From Callorhinchus milii (Eukaryota), in the NCBI RefSeq assembly GCF_018977255.1, contig NW_024704742.1, positions 95,730,001 to 95,794,000 on the forward strand: a stretch of 64,000 bases of DNA, read 5' to 3'. The notes beneath the pieces are model-generated. The model saw nothing but the letters and a program-made list of their open reading frames with translations. It made no database searches and was not told where the DNA came from. The position numbers and the translations under genes were made by a program. This document shows positions 1 to 13,244 of this stretch, piece after piece. Position 1 is the first letter of the stretch. The number at the start of each line of letters is the position of its first letter.

Positions 1-1481
1 AACCATTGTGAATGCATCTCATGTCTATGGACAAGAATAGAGAATCACAAATATGAGGGTCTTGTCATTGACAGGAATCACAAACAAGTCCAAGCCTGAA
101 ATCCTACAGGGATGTCAGGGATGCATCTTTCATCTGCTCCCAAAGTTCATGTCTCAGTAAAGAACATCTGGTGCTACGTTCTGGGGTCCTTGGATGTAAA
201 CAGATGAGAGAGTCAGGCTGGAAGGGCCACACAGATATTCATTTTAATTTTTGCATAATATAAATTGCTACAGAGGTTTGTTGATAGAATACAAAATAAG
301 TTGGAAGCATAAAGAAACTCCTTAAAAAAAAACATGAGTAGCATGTCCCTAAGCCTCAGGAACCAGATGGGTTTTGTCACTTTTTTCCTGCCAAAATCCC
401 TGCAGGATAGTTTCCAAGCTTTTATATAAAAAAAGGTTGAAATTCTGGAACACAAACACTAGTAAGAGCTAATGTCAGTTTGTTGTTTTTTTTATGCCAG
501 TTTATTTCCACTTAAATATTCCAAAGAATGGATATCTTTCCCAGAAACCTCCAGCAAGTGGGAAATGGTGCAACCAATGACAGCTTGGTACACAAGGGGC
601 CTTTGATCGCCTAGTTAGTGAGATTATTGAGTTCCAGTCACCGAGCAGCCCACAAGGGGGAAAAGCTACCCAAGGCTTGAGGCAGAGTCATTCAACTCGA
701 CCAGCAACAAGCAAATTAGTGAAATGCAGACATGCTCTGTTGCCTTCAGATGCCATGATAGCTGTTACATTTCCTTTACCCCATGTATTGCACCATGTGA
801 ACATACCAGCTTATCAATTTCCCACACAGTTGTGCTAGAATATTACACACTAGTTTGTAAAACTTAAACACAGTTAAGGGGATCAAAAATACTTTTTTTT
901 TACAAATCAAACCACTGTACAGACTTTTAAAGTCACTGATGAAAAGTATGACTTTTTTTATCACTAGATATATATTAGAACTTACAAGCATCAATACGAT
1001 ATGTATCAAAATCTCTTCCCCCTTATCAGGTCAATGAACTTGAAAGATTGCTGCAAAAATTGTTGACTGAATAGAAGTTTTTTTTAATTAAAGTGCTATT
1101 GTAGCCCACATGAATATGTCACTAACAAAGTGTAGCCATGTATGCAGACATTACACAAATACAGAGATATAAACCTGCCCCTCCCCAAAAATGACTACAG
1201 TAAATAATGGTACAGATGAGAGCCAAGGGAAGGGGGTAGAGGAGAGATGACCGAAAGCCAATAGGCTAGACACGGTGAAATTGTTGGACTTCTATCTATG
1301 AAATAAATCATAGTTAAAGAACAGCTATATCCAGCATTTGTTATAAATTTTGTTTTAAAATGCAAGTAAACAATAAAAATGTTACCATTCACAACGCCCC
1401 CAAATTAAACATGCTTTTTCTTGGACATGGTTGGGGGTTAAGTTGCTTTTCACCATTATTCTCCCACTGTTGGAATGGGTT

Positions 1482-1703
1482 CAACAACAAAAAAAAATTA
1501 CATTTGTATAGCGCCTTTCACGTCGGGAGGATATCCCAAGCCACTGGACAGTCAGTGTTTCAAACCCAACCTGGGGGTCGGGATTGGGGAGGGTGGAGGG
1601 CAGGGTGGGAAGGAGGGTGATCAAAAGCACAGTCGAAGAGGAGGGACTTGAGATGGGTCTTGAAGGAGGCAAGGGAGGGTCGAGGTGGAAGGAATGTGGG
1701 ATG
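1482..1703 (-). mobile_element. L2-clade LINE 3' fragment
   Basis: (GTT)n tail, AGCGCCTT stem motif, FKTHLKSLLFD-like ORF2 C-terminus; matches the other L2 copies in the window. Confidence 0.85.
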
Positions 1704-2479
1704 TGTTGTTGTATGGTTTCCAGTTCGATATCACCCAAAAGTATCCAGGTTTTATTGTATGGTTCCCAGTTCAATATCCAGGTATTATTGTACATTTAGT
1801 GTTATTTAAATCATAGTCTTCATCTTCCTTCTTTAGAAGCTGGAATATGGTTCGCAATTCCAAGTTCCAATTTCTTTCTTCTCTTTCTCTTTCGAATTGA
1901 TCTCCATTTATACCGTTGATTAGGTGACCTTTCACCTATTGTCTTTTGCAAGATGGTTCCTTTGTAAAAACAAATGCAACATAGCTCTCTCTCCAGCTGC
2001 GGTCTATTTTTCCATGAGAAAATGACTGATAAGGAATGAATACAGCTTGTTGTTTAGAAAGAGTCTCCTCCTTGAACAAGGATCTTCTTTGAAGCTGGTC
2101 ACAACCAGCTCCCCTCATTTGAGATTGATCATATATCTCAAATATATAAACATCGCAAATATAATTTGTGATATTATTTCACACATTAATTACAGAAATC
2201 CTACACAGCCCCACCATTGGAGTGAGTGGAGGGAGCGGGCAGGTTGGTAGGGGGTTAAGAGGTTGTAGAGGTAGTGGGGAGCGAGGCTGTGGAAGTTCAA
2301 TCCAGATGGGGAGAAAGTGAGCCTCCTCAAAAAAACAACTGTTAAGTGTTCTTAATGAGATGGGTTTGGGAACTCTGACTTTAATCTGATTGAGCCATTT
2401 AGATTTCAATTACACTGAACAAGTGACAAGTCCTTTCATGGGACTGTGTTAAATTACTGGTGGTGTGTCCTCCAAATCT

Positions 2480-2609
2480 AAGTAGTACAATTTCCATTAA
2501 AATTGTTTGTCTCTTACAGTTCTCATTTGTACTATGTTGATAGTCACAGATCCACACTTGAAAAGCCTTACTCCCAGCTGAGTAAGATATTGAAGAAAAG
2601 CTGAATGTG
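2480..2609 (+). repeat. 130-bp local direct repeat, copy 1
   Basis: Gapless match to 3710-3839, 10 mismatches by eye. Confidence 0.95.
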
Positions 2610-3573
2610 CTGACATGACCTTGTTGCATTTTCTTACATGCTAGCCCCATCCTACTTTATTCAATAATGAGTTCTTATTTGTAGTATAATATTGAAATAA
2701 GATTTAAATTCCTCTTTTTCTGTGTCTGCTGTCAATCTGTCTTGGAGTATTGTGCTCTGATTAAAAATATTATGCAAATACATTATAAAGTGTTTGGTGA
2801 CCTTCAGCCATAGTGCCAGGATATTTAAGTGTGTGATTTTTCTTTTCAGACAACCATTACTGCTTGCCATATTTTGAGGGTCAAACAATTGTATGTAGGC
2901 ACACAAAAGCTTGATTTTGGCTGTTTATTTGGTTATATCCTTCAAGTGGATAATGAAACATGGGCAGTCATTGTTCAACTTGTAATTAAGTACATAGTTA
3001 AGTGCCTGTGAACTTCTAATTATTTCATTTGGTTTGTGGTTTCTCATATGGAAGTGAGGAATTGAGAACATAAGGTCAATGGCTGTGGATCATGAGTAAT
3101 TGTGCCATCCATAACGAGAAATGAGGCTTAAATTGATTCTAACAGTGTTGAGATATCTGGTTCCACCTGACTGATCCAAGAAGACCTGAAGTCACTCAAA
3201 AACATTTATTATGCTGATGATAAATATACTGTGACTTCAGTCTGGGTTGACACTGCTACGTTTCTAAGACAATTGCAGCTCAATTAGAATCATGGATTAT
3301 CTGAAAGGCATTGACTGATATTTCTAGACAAGGTGAAGCTGCTGACAATAAAGTTAATGAAATACTAGGCAATGCAGCTCCAAGCTCTTGGAAATGGGGA
3401 GACGGAGGGAAGGGGTAAAGGACATTGCCCACTTGCATTGGCAACTAGCTTACTCTGGGTAATTGCTTGCCCTATTCTTTCAGAAATATGCCCAATAAGT
3501 TATTTTGCCTTATTTATAAATTCAAACAAAAATCTTGCATTTCTTGAATTGTATTACCTTTAATACTACCTGT

Positions 3574-3630
3574 ATAAATAATCTGCATAAATATCTGCAT
3601 GAATATCTGCATAAATCTGCATAAATAATA
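3574..3630. repeat. Short tandem repeat, ~12-bp unit ATATCTGCATAA
   Basis: About 4 imperfect copies visible. Confidence 0.8.
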
Positions 3631-3709
3631 ATTTTTGTGACATATGATGCCTTCTGGTCAGATAATGTTCTGCCTTAAAAAAGAAGTGATGTACAGTCCC
3701 GTAGAGTCA

Positions 3710-3839
3710 AAGTGGTACCATTTCCATTACAATTGTTTATCTCTCACAGTTCTTATTTGTAATATGTTGATAGTCACAGATCCACACTTCAAAAGCCTTA
3801 CTCCCAGCTGAGTAAGATATTGAAGAAAAGCTAAATATG
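3710..3839 (+). repeat. 130-bp local direct repeat, copy 2
   Basis: Gapless match to 2480-2609; directly abuts a SINE head. Confidence 0.95.
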
Positions 3840-3872
3840 GAGTCCCATAGTTTAGTGGTTCGAGCTGAATGT

Positions 3873-4242
3873 GGAGTCTTCTATCTCAGTGGTTTGAGCG
3901 CTTGCCTCGCAAACAAAAGGACCTGGGTTTGATTCCCGGCAGGGCAAAACGTTGGGCATAACGTTCCTTGCTCCACACGCCTCTGTTTACCTAGTAATAA
4001 ATAGGAACCCGGTTGTTAATCGATTGGCAGATTGCTTTTCCTGGGGGTAATAATGCCTTTCAAAAAAAATATTATTTAGTCAATTAATTTGGACTGTTTG
4101 TGGATCATTGCTGTGTGCAATTAGCTGTTGTGTTTCGCCCACAAAACATACAATCAATTCACTTTACAGTATATTCTGTGAAGCACTTTGAGACGTCCTG
4201 AAGACGTAACAAGGTATTATGTCAAAGGCAAGGATTATTATA
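3873..4242 (+). mobile_element. tRNA-derived SINE, long subfamily (diverged)
   Basis: GGAGTC..CTCAGTGG A-box, GGTTTGATTCC B-box, TTGGGCA.. segment, L2-like tail ending GATTATTAT. Confidence 0.9.
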
Positions 4243-5599
4243 ACAGGATTTCCTGGCTGCAGCTCTAAAGAAGAAATGTAGCATTGTTAATTGCAGTTGA
4301 CTGCAACAAAATGAACTAAACAACATTTTTAACACAAATGACTTTGCTTAATTGAACCAAATGCAAACTAACCATAACATTGGGATGTGACCTTTTCAGC
4401 TGATCCACTATGTTCAGTAAGATCAAGGTGTCCTTTAATATGATTAACCATGATGTTACGGATGAAATATCATGACTAAACAAGTGCTGAACAAACATTG
4501 ACTTTGCAATCATCCACTTAATCAAAAAATTGCGGAAAAGTAGATAAGATTAATATTTTTGTAAGATGTGTCACTATTAAAATTCATTAACTTTTTCATT
4601 CATGGATCATAAAAAAAATGCCAGGCTTATCATTTGATTTTTAATGGCTTGCCTTTCTCCAAAGAATCTAACAAAAGCGGTTCATGCTGTGCTGATTAAC
4701 GCCTTCAAAAAAAGAACTGGATAAATATCTGCTTGAGAACAGTATGGGAGGATATGAGGATAGGTGTGGACTGAAATGAACAAACACAGACACAATTAAG
4801 TGTGCTCCAAGGATGGTGGTTTCGGGTGCGTGGGAAGTGTGGAAAAAATGTTTTCCCTGTGGAGGGCAGGAGGCCAGGGCTCTACAGTGAAGACATGAAG
4901 GTGGATGAGTATTCTCTTCTTTTTCTGGTTTACCTATGGTGTACAGATAGTTTCTATATCTTTATCCCCTTGATTAGGAGCTGAACTGAAGTGCATGCGG
5001 TTTGTGTGGCTGAGAAAGAAAGAGGCTTAACAGACCAAACAATCTTTTTCTTATTCCATGCTTTCTTATGTTCTTAATAATGCTCTTAATAATCAATAAA
5101 GCCATGACAAATCAGTAAGTAGTTAAAAAAAACTATGGTGAATTAATTCAGCTATTAAATTATTGCTGGATGATTGATGGAGAATAGGTTGTGCAGTTAG
5201 TTAAATTAGCTTCAGTCTCTCTCTCGTCTATCTGTCTTCCTGTACCACTGAGGCAGGCTAGCATTTAATTCTTATATTACATCCCATTTCTTATTTTACA
5301 TTACAACCACAGTCAAACATAGATGAGAATTAAGCCAAAAATACGGAGAAATATTCAACAGGCTCCTGCAGGCAAGAATTGAGACTGAGCATGTTTGCAT
5401 TCCTTCGGACTGAATTACTTTTCAAAAAGACTACAGTGTACCATCTGCTCTATCTTTGTCTATCTGTCTAGAAGCCTTTGACAGGACTTAATCTTTGGAT
5501 CCAGGTTCACTGCTCTGATCAGTGACTCCAATTGCCTATATGAGAATTGGCAACAGAGCCCTTCACCCAAATAGGGTAGTTTTTTGCAGCAGTCTCTTT

Positions 5600-5950
5600 C
5601 ATAGTTGCTAATGGTTTTCACAGCTGGTTGTCTCAAACTAATAATTTGCACTTACATCCAGTATTCACCGACTCCCATGATCACTTGAAAGGGCTTGACA
5701 AAGCACCAGCTGGCACATCTGACCACGACTTGGTTTGCATCCAACCACCTTTCATTGGTATCTTGAAAGAAATGTTAAGTACACGGCTTGGCAGTATGAC
5801 AGAGCAAATTGCCATGGTCTTAAGAAGGAGGTTGCTGCCTTTAATTGTCTTTCCATCCACTAGTCAAAGGATTCTGACTTCAGCCAAGCTCAGATCAAAT
5901 CAATCCAATGCAGTCTTAAACCGCATTCTATTCAACCAGCTATGGACTTG
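5600..5950 (+). mobile_element. Decayed non-LTR retrotransposon APE-endonuclease fragment
   Basis: ORF 5628-5951 contains VFTD...APAGTSDHDLV, resembling the LDLVFT...PLG.SDH C-terminal endonuclease motif. Confidence 0.45.
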
Positions 5951-7218
5951 AATCTGGCTCACAGCTCTAGTATAACAAAGCATGTCTTGAATTTAGTAAG
6001 AATAATTTAATTCATAAAAAGTACAGTATCTGGTAAAAGAGAGAGGATATGGGAAAGCCTGATTAAGTCCTAATATGAAAATGTGTCAAAGACTCTACGG
6101 ACTGACAGAAATTCATTAAGTTTTGTTTGCAATAGCAGCACCTATATTACCACTGTTTCTAGCACATCAAGAGGACCTGACATTGAAGTTATATTCTTGC
6201 CCTGTATCTACGGCAGGAATGCCCAATATGTTAGTCGCTAGCCACAAGTGGTGAATTGGGAATCCAGATGTGACCAAATTGCATTTTTGATCAGTAAATA
6301 AAAATGAGTAACATTCACCATTGTTGAGCATGTGGTGTCAACACTAATATTTACACAGCATATGCATGTGTACTTTGACCTTTTTGTGCATTTATTGATA
6401 AAATGGTAAGACGAAAAGCAGCGTGCATGAGTATTTTTTGATTGTGTGAGCTTCACTTCCTTGGTTACCGTTTATTGGTTATCTGTTGAAATGGTGGTTA
6501 CCACAGTGAAAACACCACCAATATTGTATGGAGAGAGGAGGTGTCAATCGTGACAGCTTGACCAATCAGCCATAACTCCAGGCCAGCAGAGCCAATAATG
6601 AACAGCTACAACAGAGCTCAACATGGCAAAGGGCAAGCAGCATCTAACCACATTCTGGATGGAGAGCAGGGGCGAATCCAGTGAAGATGTTTGTTAACTC
6701 AATGTACATCGAAACATACATGTGAAGTATATTTACCTGTTTTGTTTGATTGTATGTAACACATTTTCTACTAAAAATTAGTGCACGTGGTTAAAGTGGT
6801 GTCAAGTAGCCATACCTGTGGCACATGAGTGATTTCCATTAAACAAAATCAAGGGTATTCAGTTAGATAGGTTGCTTCTATAGAGGATGGAAAGGTAAAA
6901 ATTCAAACAAATTTACATTGCAAGAGCCTGTTGGACAAGCTGACTAGAGACAGCGCCTTATTGCCATCGATGACTTGCTGGATGTCATAACAAGACAGAA
7001 TAGACCAATAGACCAATTGTGTATTATTTGCTGATGTTAACACTAAGAAAAACATTTTAACAAAATGCTTGAAAAATGGCTGCCTTCTTTTTATAAGAGA
7101 TCAGAGGCCTCATGTTAAAAAATAATTTCTTGCTGTGCTGATCACATCTGACCTATTCTAAGAAAGAACACAGGAGATAGCCGGAAAAGTTGGCAGAAGA
7201 TTAAAACTACAGCCTGCG

Positions 7219-7608
7219 TCAGACTGGATCAGTTGGCAGCACGCTCTCGTCTGAGTCAGAAGGTTATGGGTTCAAGCCCCACATCAAGTCTTTGAGCTCA
7301 CAAACTCCAATGTGGGGGAGGGCTGCATTGTCATTTGTGACATCCTTTGGATGAGACATTACCCCAAGATCCTGTCCTGTTCAGGTGGCGAATAAAGATC
7401 CCATGACACTATACTTTAAAGTTGCTCCCGATGGCCTTGTTTATTGGTCATTCACTTCAGGACTGTTTGTTTCACTTCAATGCTGTGCACAAACTGGCTG
7501 CCCTGTTCACCTACAAAATATTCATTAATACACCTGACAGTAAATCCTGTGAAGAGCTGTGAAGTTTTGTATAGTGTTATATCAACTGGAAGGATTATTA
7601 TATTATTA
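7219..7608 (+). mobile_element. Older Deu-domain SINE (SacSINE1/AmnSINE1-like)
   Basis: CTGAGTCAGAAGGTTATGGGTTCAAGCCC head, GGATGAGACATT and AAAGATCCCATG Deu-like motifs, 3' tail shared with the young SINE; family name from recall. Confidence 0.75.
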
Positions 7609-8316
7609 CTACCTCAAATGAAATTCTGCCTGTACTTATAGGTGTTGGCATTGTCACTTTTACCATCTCTATAAAATTGTGTGGTATTAAAGGTGCGCCC
7701 AAATACAATTCTCCATCATGATTCCAAGCTCTTGCGTGTACCGCAGAAGCGTTTTCGGCAACCCATTTGCGATGTCCAGAACCAAAAAGAGATTTATACC
7801 AAAAAGAGCAATTTCTACATGGAAGGAGGGCATCAGCCTTTATTGAAATGTTGCTCAGCACCCTGGAGGCAGAGTCAGCTTTACGGCAGGAATGTCAAAG
7901 CCTTTCATATGAAGACCTGGATTAAGCAGCTGGTACTGAGTAAGCCTGATATATGGGATTGGACTGCAAATAACATCAAGGTAACTGGCACATCAGAAGC
8001 TGTCTTGTCCTTTTTCCACACTGATGATGAATGTCCATCAAATAGCTGATAAGGAAATTCTAGATACAGGAACAATTCCATGCTTAGATGGCAAGCATAT
8101 TCGCCAACAAATACACTGTCATTTCGCTTTGCAGTAAATACTGTGAGGCGCTTTGAGATGTCTCAACAGTGTGATTAGATGCTATATCAAACACCAGGAT
8201 TATTATTTATTTATAGATGGAACTCTCAAAATGGTTTGGATACTTTTAAGCGTTGCAATATGTTTCTGCATGTGTCAGACACTCGACTGATCTAACAAAA
8301 TCTCTAACTGGTCAGT

Positions 8317-9268
8317 ACAACAACAACAACAACTTGGATTTATATAGCGCCCTCCACGCCGGACGGCGTCTCAGAGCGCTTCACAGTAACGGATCCCGGG
8401 GTCGAGGGAGGAAGGTGACCAAAGGCGCGGTCAAAAAGAAAGGTCTTCAGCAGAGACCTGAAAATAGGAAGGGAGGGAGCGAGGCGAAGAGAGTGAGGAA
8501 GGGAATTCCAGAGCCTCGGGGCATAGTGGCTAAAGGCACGGCCACTGAGGGTGGAGTGGAGGACTCGGGGGACGAGGAGGAGGCCAGACCCGGAGGAACA
8601 AAGGCAATGGGTACTGTTTTGAGGAGAGAGGAGGTCAGAGAGGTAGGGGGGTGCAGAGGAGTACAGAGACTTGTCAGGCCAGTTTTCTGCCATCTGCGCT
8701 CGAGCAGACGGGTTTGGGTTTTTTGGCGGTGGAGATGTTTGTTTTACCAGGGAATTCAAGTGGATTTGGAGATGGTCCTGGATTTTAGGGGGACGAGGGA
8801 GTTGAAGGTGGAGGAGAGGCAATCATGGAGCAGCTAGACGGCTGCATCAGGATCTCCGTGGGTGGAAGGCCAGAGGGATAGGATGTTTGATGATGAGGGC
8901 CTTTGTGAGGGTCTCAGGGGGTAGCCTTTTCCAAGGGCGGTAGAGAATGATTGAGGGCTTGGTGGAGGAGAGAGGAGTGTGAGAGGAGAAGGAGATGAAA
9001 AAGTGGTCCGAGGTGGCCTTGTCCACTAGGCTGAAGTCGGAAATGTCAAGGCCATGGGTGATGACGAGGTCAAGTTGCATGACCACAGTTGTGGGTGGGT
9101 GAATTTATATGAAGGGTAAGGTTTAAGGAGGAGAAGAGGACAGTGAAATTGGCAGAAGTGGTGCAAGGGGAGTTCAGGTGGAGGTTAAAATTGCCCATTA
9201 TGAGCAGGCGCTCGGAGCAGAGGGACAGGGAAGAGAGGAGAGTAGAGATGTCTGTGTGGAAGGAGCTG
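8317..9268 (-). mobile_element. L2 LINE, internally deleted (endonuclease joined to 3' end)
   Basis: LLIMGNFNLH, LDLVITHG...SDH endonuclease motifs at ~8850-9250; APPYLSDLL...RAFSHYAPRLWNSLP C-terminus; (GTT)n tail. Confidence 0.9.
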
Positions 9269-10209
9269 GAACATTGTAATGGAACATTGTAAACTTGTTC
9301 AGCAGGTTGCTGAGAAAATTCATATTTTTCTACTGCTCTTCTTTTGGCTCAAACCTATTAAATTCTGTGGGCCAAAATGACGATGACCTGTTTCAGACCA
9401 GAGTTCATTCTTTACAACCCGTGCTTGAAGTGCACTCTTCTACGAGACCATGACTGGAACAGCATTGCAAGAGTTACTCTGAATTAGACCTGGATCTTTA
9501 AGCTTATGCCAAAAACACAGAAGCTGCTGTGTGAAGCATCATGGCAGAGCATCTCCGTGAGGATCAATTTTTATAAAACTATTTGTTACAGTTGCCTTCA
9601 GACTTTGGGACAAGAAAGTCAGCACTGCATTATGTGAAATTCAAAGTTAATTTTTTCCCCTGTTTCTGCGTCATTTTCTTAATGTTCATCCATACAGGTA
9701 AGGTGTCAAAGCAGTCATTCTCAGGAACAGATACAACAGCTGACAGATGGACTTTTTTCATTTATTTGAATCCAAATTGCGACCTGTCATGTGTCAATTA
9801 AAACTGCTGCTAATTACATCATTAAAAATTCTGACTTATTTATGTCTGGGTTCAACTCCTCCACATGTGGGAAACACACATCTCAGCACAGTGTTTGACC
9901 AAAAGTCATAGTGTCCATTGGACTTGGTGGCCCAAGGATCATGACATTGAGATTCTGGTTCATATTAAATCTTGTTGTTGAGTTAAGTCTGCAACTGACT
10001 AATCCAATGGGGCAGGCTGACATGGGGCCAATCATTATAATATAATAATAATAATAATAATCATTATGATTTAGTTGGTGGATGGGGGTGTCAGTCACAC
10101 CTATAGACTAATTGATAAATGATCAGTTGATGTGATAACTAACACATCATAATTCTCCATTTTGACTGCAAGATCTTCTGCCATCTTTACCTTTATAATA
10201 ATAATTTTT

Positions 10210-10535
10210 TTTGGTGTCTGACACACATGCGGAAACTCATCACCAGGCTTAAGAGTATGCAAAGCAGACTGAGAGCTTTACATAAGTATATCATCTACAT
10301 ATGGAAATTTCCCATATTTCCCATATTCCTGGAAAGGAATGTACAATCTCTCCCTGGAGATACATACACTGTTTATATACTTCTAGAGAGTATTAGGCAT
10401 AAATTGGCAAGAGCAAAGACTTGGGAGCTCTGTGTGTATGGTGGGGTCCTGCTGAAGTCTAACCAGCTAAAACAGCATAGCTTGGCATTGTGAGTGCTGT
10501 CTGACAAGCTTTCCTCTGCTTGTTTAGCTGGGACC
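10210..10535 (+). repeat. Unnamed interspersed repeat family X, copy 1
   Basis: Colinear similarity to 21590-21890(-), 30570-30770(-) and 43735-43940(+). Confidence 0.8.
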
Positions 10536-10949
10536 ACATTTCCTATTAGAGCTTTGGCTTGAAGGATTAGTAGGAAAATCCCTGCTCCCATTAACCCCTT
10601 GTTAAATAAGGTTTGTAAAATTTACCACTGTCCATGTATCACCATGTTTGTAACAAAGATTTTTGGCAACTTTCCTCCATTGTGGGATTCAGTGAAAACA
10701 AAAAAAGGTCAATCTCAGATAATTCTGATTCCAAGAACAGATCAACTTGAACATGAATTTCTGTCTGATGTAATAAGTATAACAGACAAATCAGTAGTAA
10801 TACTGCCATGCAACAAATTGCTTGATAAACAGACAAGATCCAATAATATAATTAGCTGTTTAGCGATATGAAGTAATGATCCCAGTCAAAGCTCAACCCC
10901 CTTCCTTTTACAGATAGCAAGAAGTTTCTAACAACCAATTGAACAATTA

Positions 10950-11395
10950 AACAGAAACTTGGTTTAGCATCTTATCCTAAAGATAACTATGTCCAGCTCT
11001 ACTCCAGGACTGCATTGGAGTGTCAGCCTAGATCAAGAGCTCACGCTGAATTGAATTTACAACTCTCTGACCCTGAAATGAGAGTGCAGCCAATTTGCAT
11101 GGAATAATATCCCACAAAAAGCCATGAAGCAAATGATCAATTTGATCTCGAGGATTCTTAGCCAGGTCACCAGGAGAAATTTTGTTGCTTTTTGAATAAT
11201 GCCATGGGATCTTTAATGTACTCCTGAGCAGGCAGACGGGACCTCAGTTTAACGTCTCATCCAAACACGGCAAAAATGCAGAACCTCCCCGGCACTGCAC
11301 TGAAGTGGAGTCAGCCTAGATTGTGAAAAGAAAGGATTGACATGGGGGCTTGAAACCCACCGTTCTGGGTGAGGAAAAAGCTGCCAACTGAGTTT
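10950..11395 (-). mobile_element. Two partial Deu-domain SINE copies
   Basis: GCCATGGGATCTTTAA, GTTTAACGTCTCATCC and GGAGTGTCAGCCTAGA motifs. Confidence 0.75.
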
Positions 11396-11599
11396 GGTGA
11401 GGAACCTATCATCTTACTGATATTTCCACTCCAGCACACCAGACTGTGTTAGACTATCATTTTAATGGTTGTGTGTTTTGGGGGAACTCTGGTTGGCCAC
11501 CCACATGGCCAGCCCGAGGTTCGGGTGGAAGGGCAGCTCTGGAAACTGGAGTGGGTGGGGGGTGGGGGGCTATCAGACTCTTGCAGAAGGCACAGAAGC

Positions 11600-11790
11600 C
11601 ACTTTGATCACTTCAACCCATGACTGTTTGTGGGACACTGCTGGCCGCATTTGGCTGCCACCTTTTTTCCACAAAATATACAGTCAATTCACTTTACAGT
11701 ATATTCTGTGAAGCGCTTTGAGACATCTCAAAGACATGATAAAGCGCTATATCAAATGCAAGGATTATTATCTTATTATTATATTATAGA
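11600..11790 (+). mobile_element. SINE 3' half
   Basis: CAGTCAATTCACTTTACAGTATATTCTGTGAAGCGCTTTGAG...GCAAGGATTATT. Confidence 0.9.
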
Positions 11791-11917
11791 AGCATCAACC
11801 TGCCATTTCCAAGGGCTTTAGTGGATCTTGGAACATGTCATGTGCATCAATCAGATTATATGACATTTACCTACACACTGTGAGCACTTGGGTCCACTTG
11901 TTATGCAATAACAGCAA

Positions 11918-12035
11918 AATAATAATATATAATCCTTGAATTTGATATAGTGCCTCATCACGTCATTGAGACGTCTCAAAGCGTTTCACAGAATATGTTA
12001 TAAAATGGATTGATTGTGTATTTTGTGGGCGAACG
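11918..12035 (-). mobile_element. SINE 3' tail fragment
   Basis: Reverse complement of the same tail. Confidence 0.85.
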
Positions 12036-13244
12036 TGATCAACAAGCAAAAATCTGGAGGATAATTTGCCTTTCCAGGTGCTTACTGAAGAATATCTCCC
12101 TTTTCCATTTAAAAAGTTTGCTACTAGAAAATGAAGAGCCAGAAAAGGAGCTTCCATCACATCAGGTTTAGCCCAGGTCTCCTGCCTCCCTGCTCCACTT
12201 TCAAAAGATAAAGTGCTCACACTCCTTGATAAAATACAGACAAGACTGCTATTTTTATCAACTTGTTAGTTCTCAAAGCTAACAAACAGCCAGTTAAAGG
12301 TTAAACAACATGATTGATGTTTGTTTACATGGTCATGACTGAAAAAGTTTGACATATCAGAAAAGTCCATCCAGTTATTTTAACAGATTCCAGGGCTACT
12401 GAATAGTTAAGCACACAAGTCTATTTAGTGCCTGCCTTTTCAACAAATGGTTTCATAGATAAATGTAAAAGCCTGATAGATATTTGTTTAAGGAGGTCCA
12501 GCTGGTGTGGATAAGAACCCACTTCGGTTTGCAAATATTGATGCAAGCTGTTGTGCTTTTATGTTGTTCAAAACACACAACTGTCAAGAGCTCAGTAAGC
12601 AAACACAGACAGGTACAGGAACTGGGAGTAATGCTTGGTTTAATGTTTGCCGAGTACTCGTAGTGTTACGTATGCCCTCCATTGTATGCACCATGTTGCC
12701 AATGACCTTGTGCTGATAGGCAGTCAGAGGTACAACTTGCATTAGAAATACGCTGAATGAATGATTAAGATGATGGTGTCCCCTTTACTTTGGGATCACA
12801 CTCATCTGCTTTTAAGCAGTATGATCACACAGACAATATCTAGAATGTGCTCTAGACTCTGGACCAGTTTCTACCACTAAACATACATAAAAAATCAAGC
12901 ATGACAAAAGTAATACCGTCCGAAACTGTCCGGAATAAAGCAAACTGTTTTCAAATAAATTATATTTTTGCTAAAATAGTTTGCGCCAACAAGTCAATGA
13001 TTAGAACTAGAATACTTTTTTCATTTTTGAATGGCCAATTGAGTATTTCCAGGCAAGGTGAGGCACAGTCCGGTGCACAAGAACGCTCCTTTTGATCTGC
13101 CCCAATAAAGTTTGAGGTCCAACCTCAGAAGCTTATTTCTTGAACCAATCACCCCCTGCGGCATCTGCAAGTGTGATTACGAATTGTAGCACCTATTGAG
13201 CTAATTCATGGATGTTTTTGTATGCTTTGGAGTTTCCCCAAGTG

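Noticed and set aside
7681..8049. 122-aa ORF
   Set aside because: No recognisable domain, non-ATG start, no supporting splice structure
8253..8837. 194-aa + strand ORF and similar G-rich ORFs
   Set aside because: Antisense frames of L2 elements
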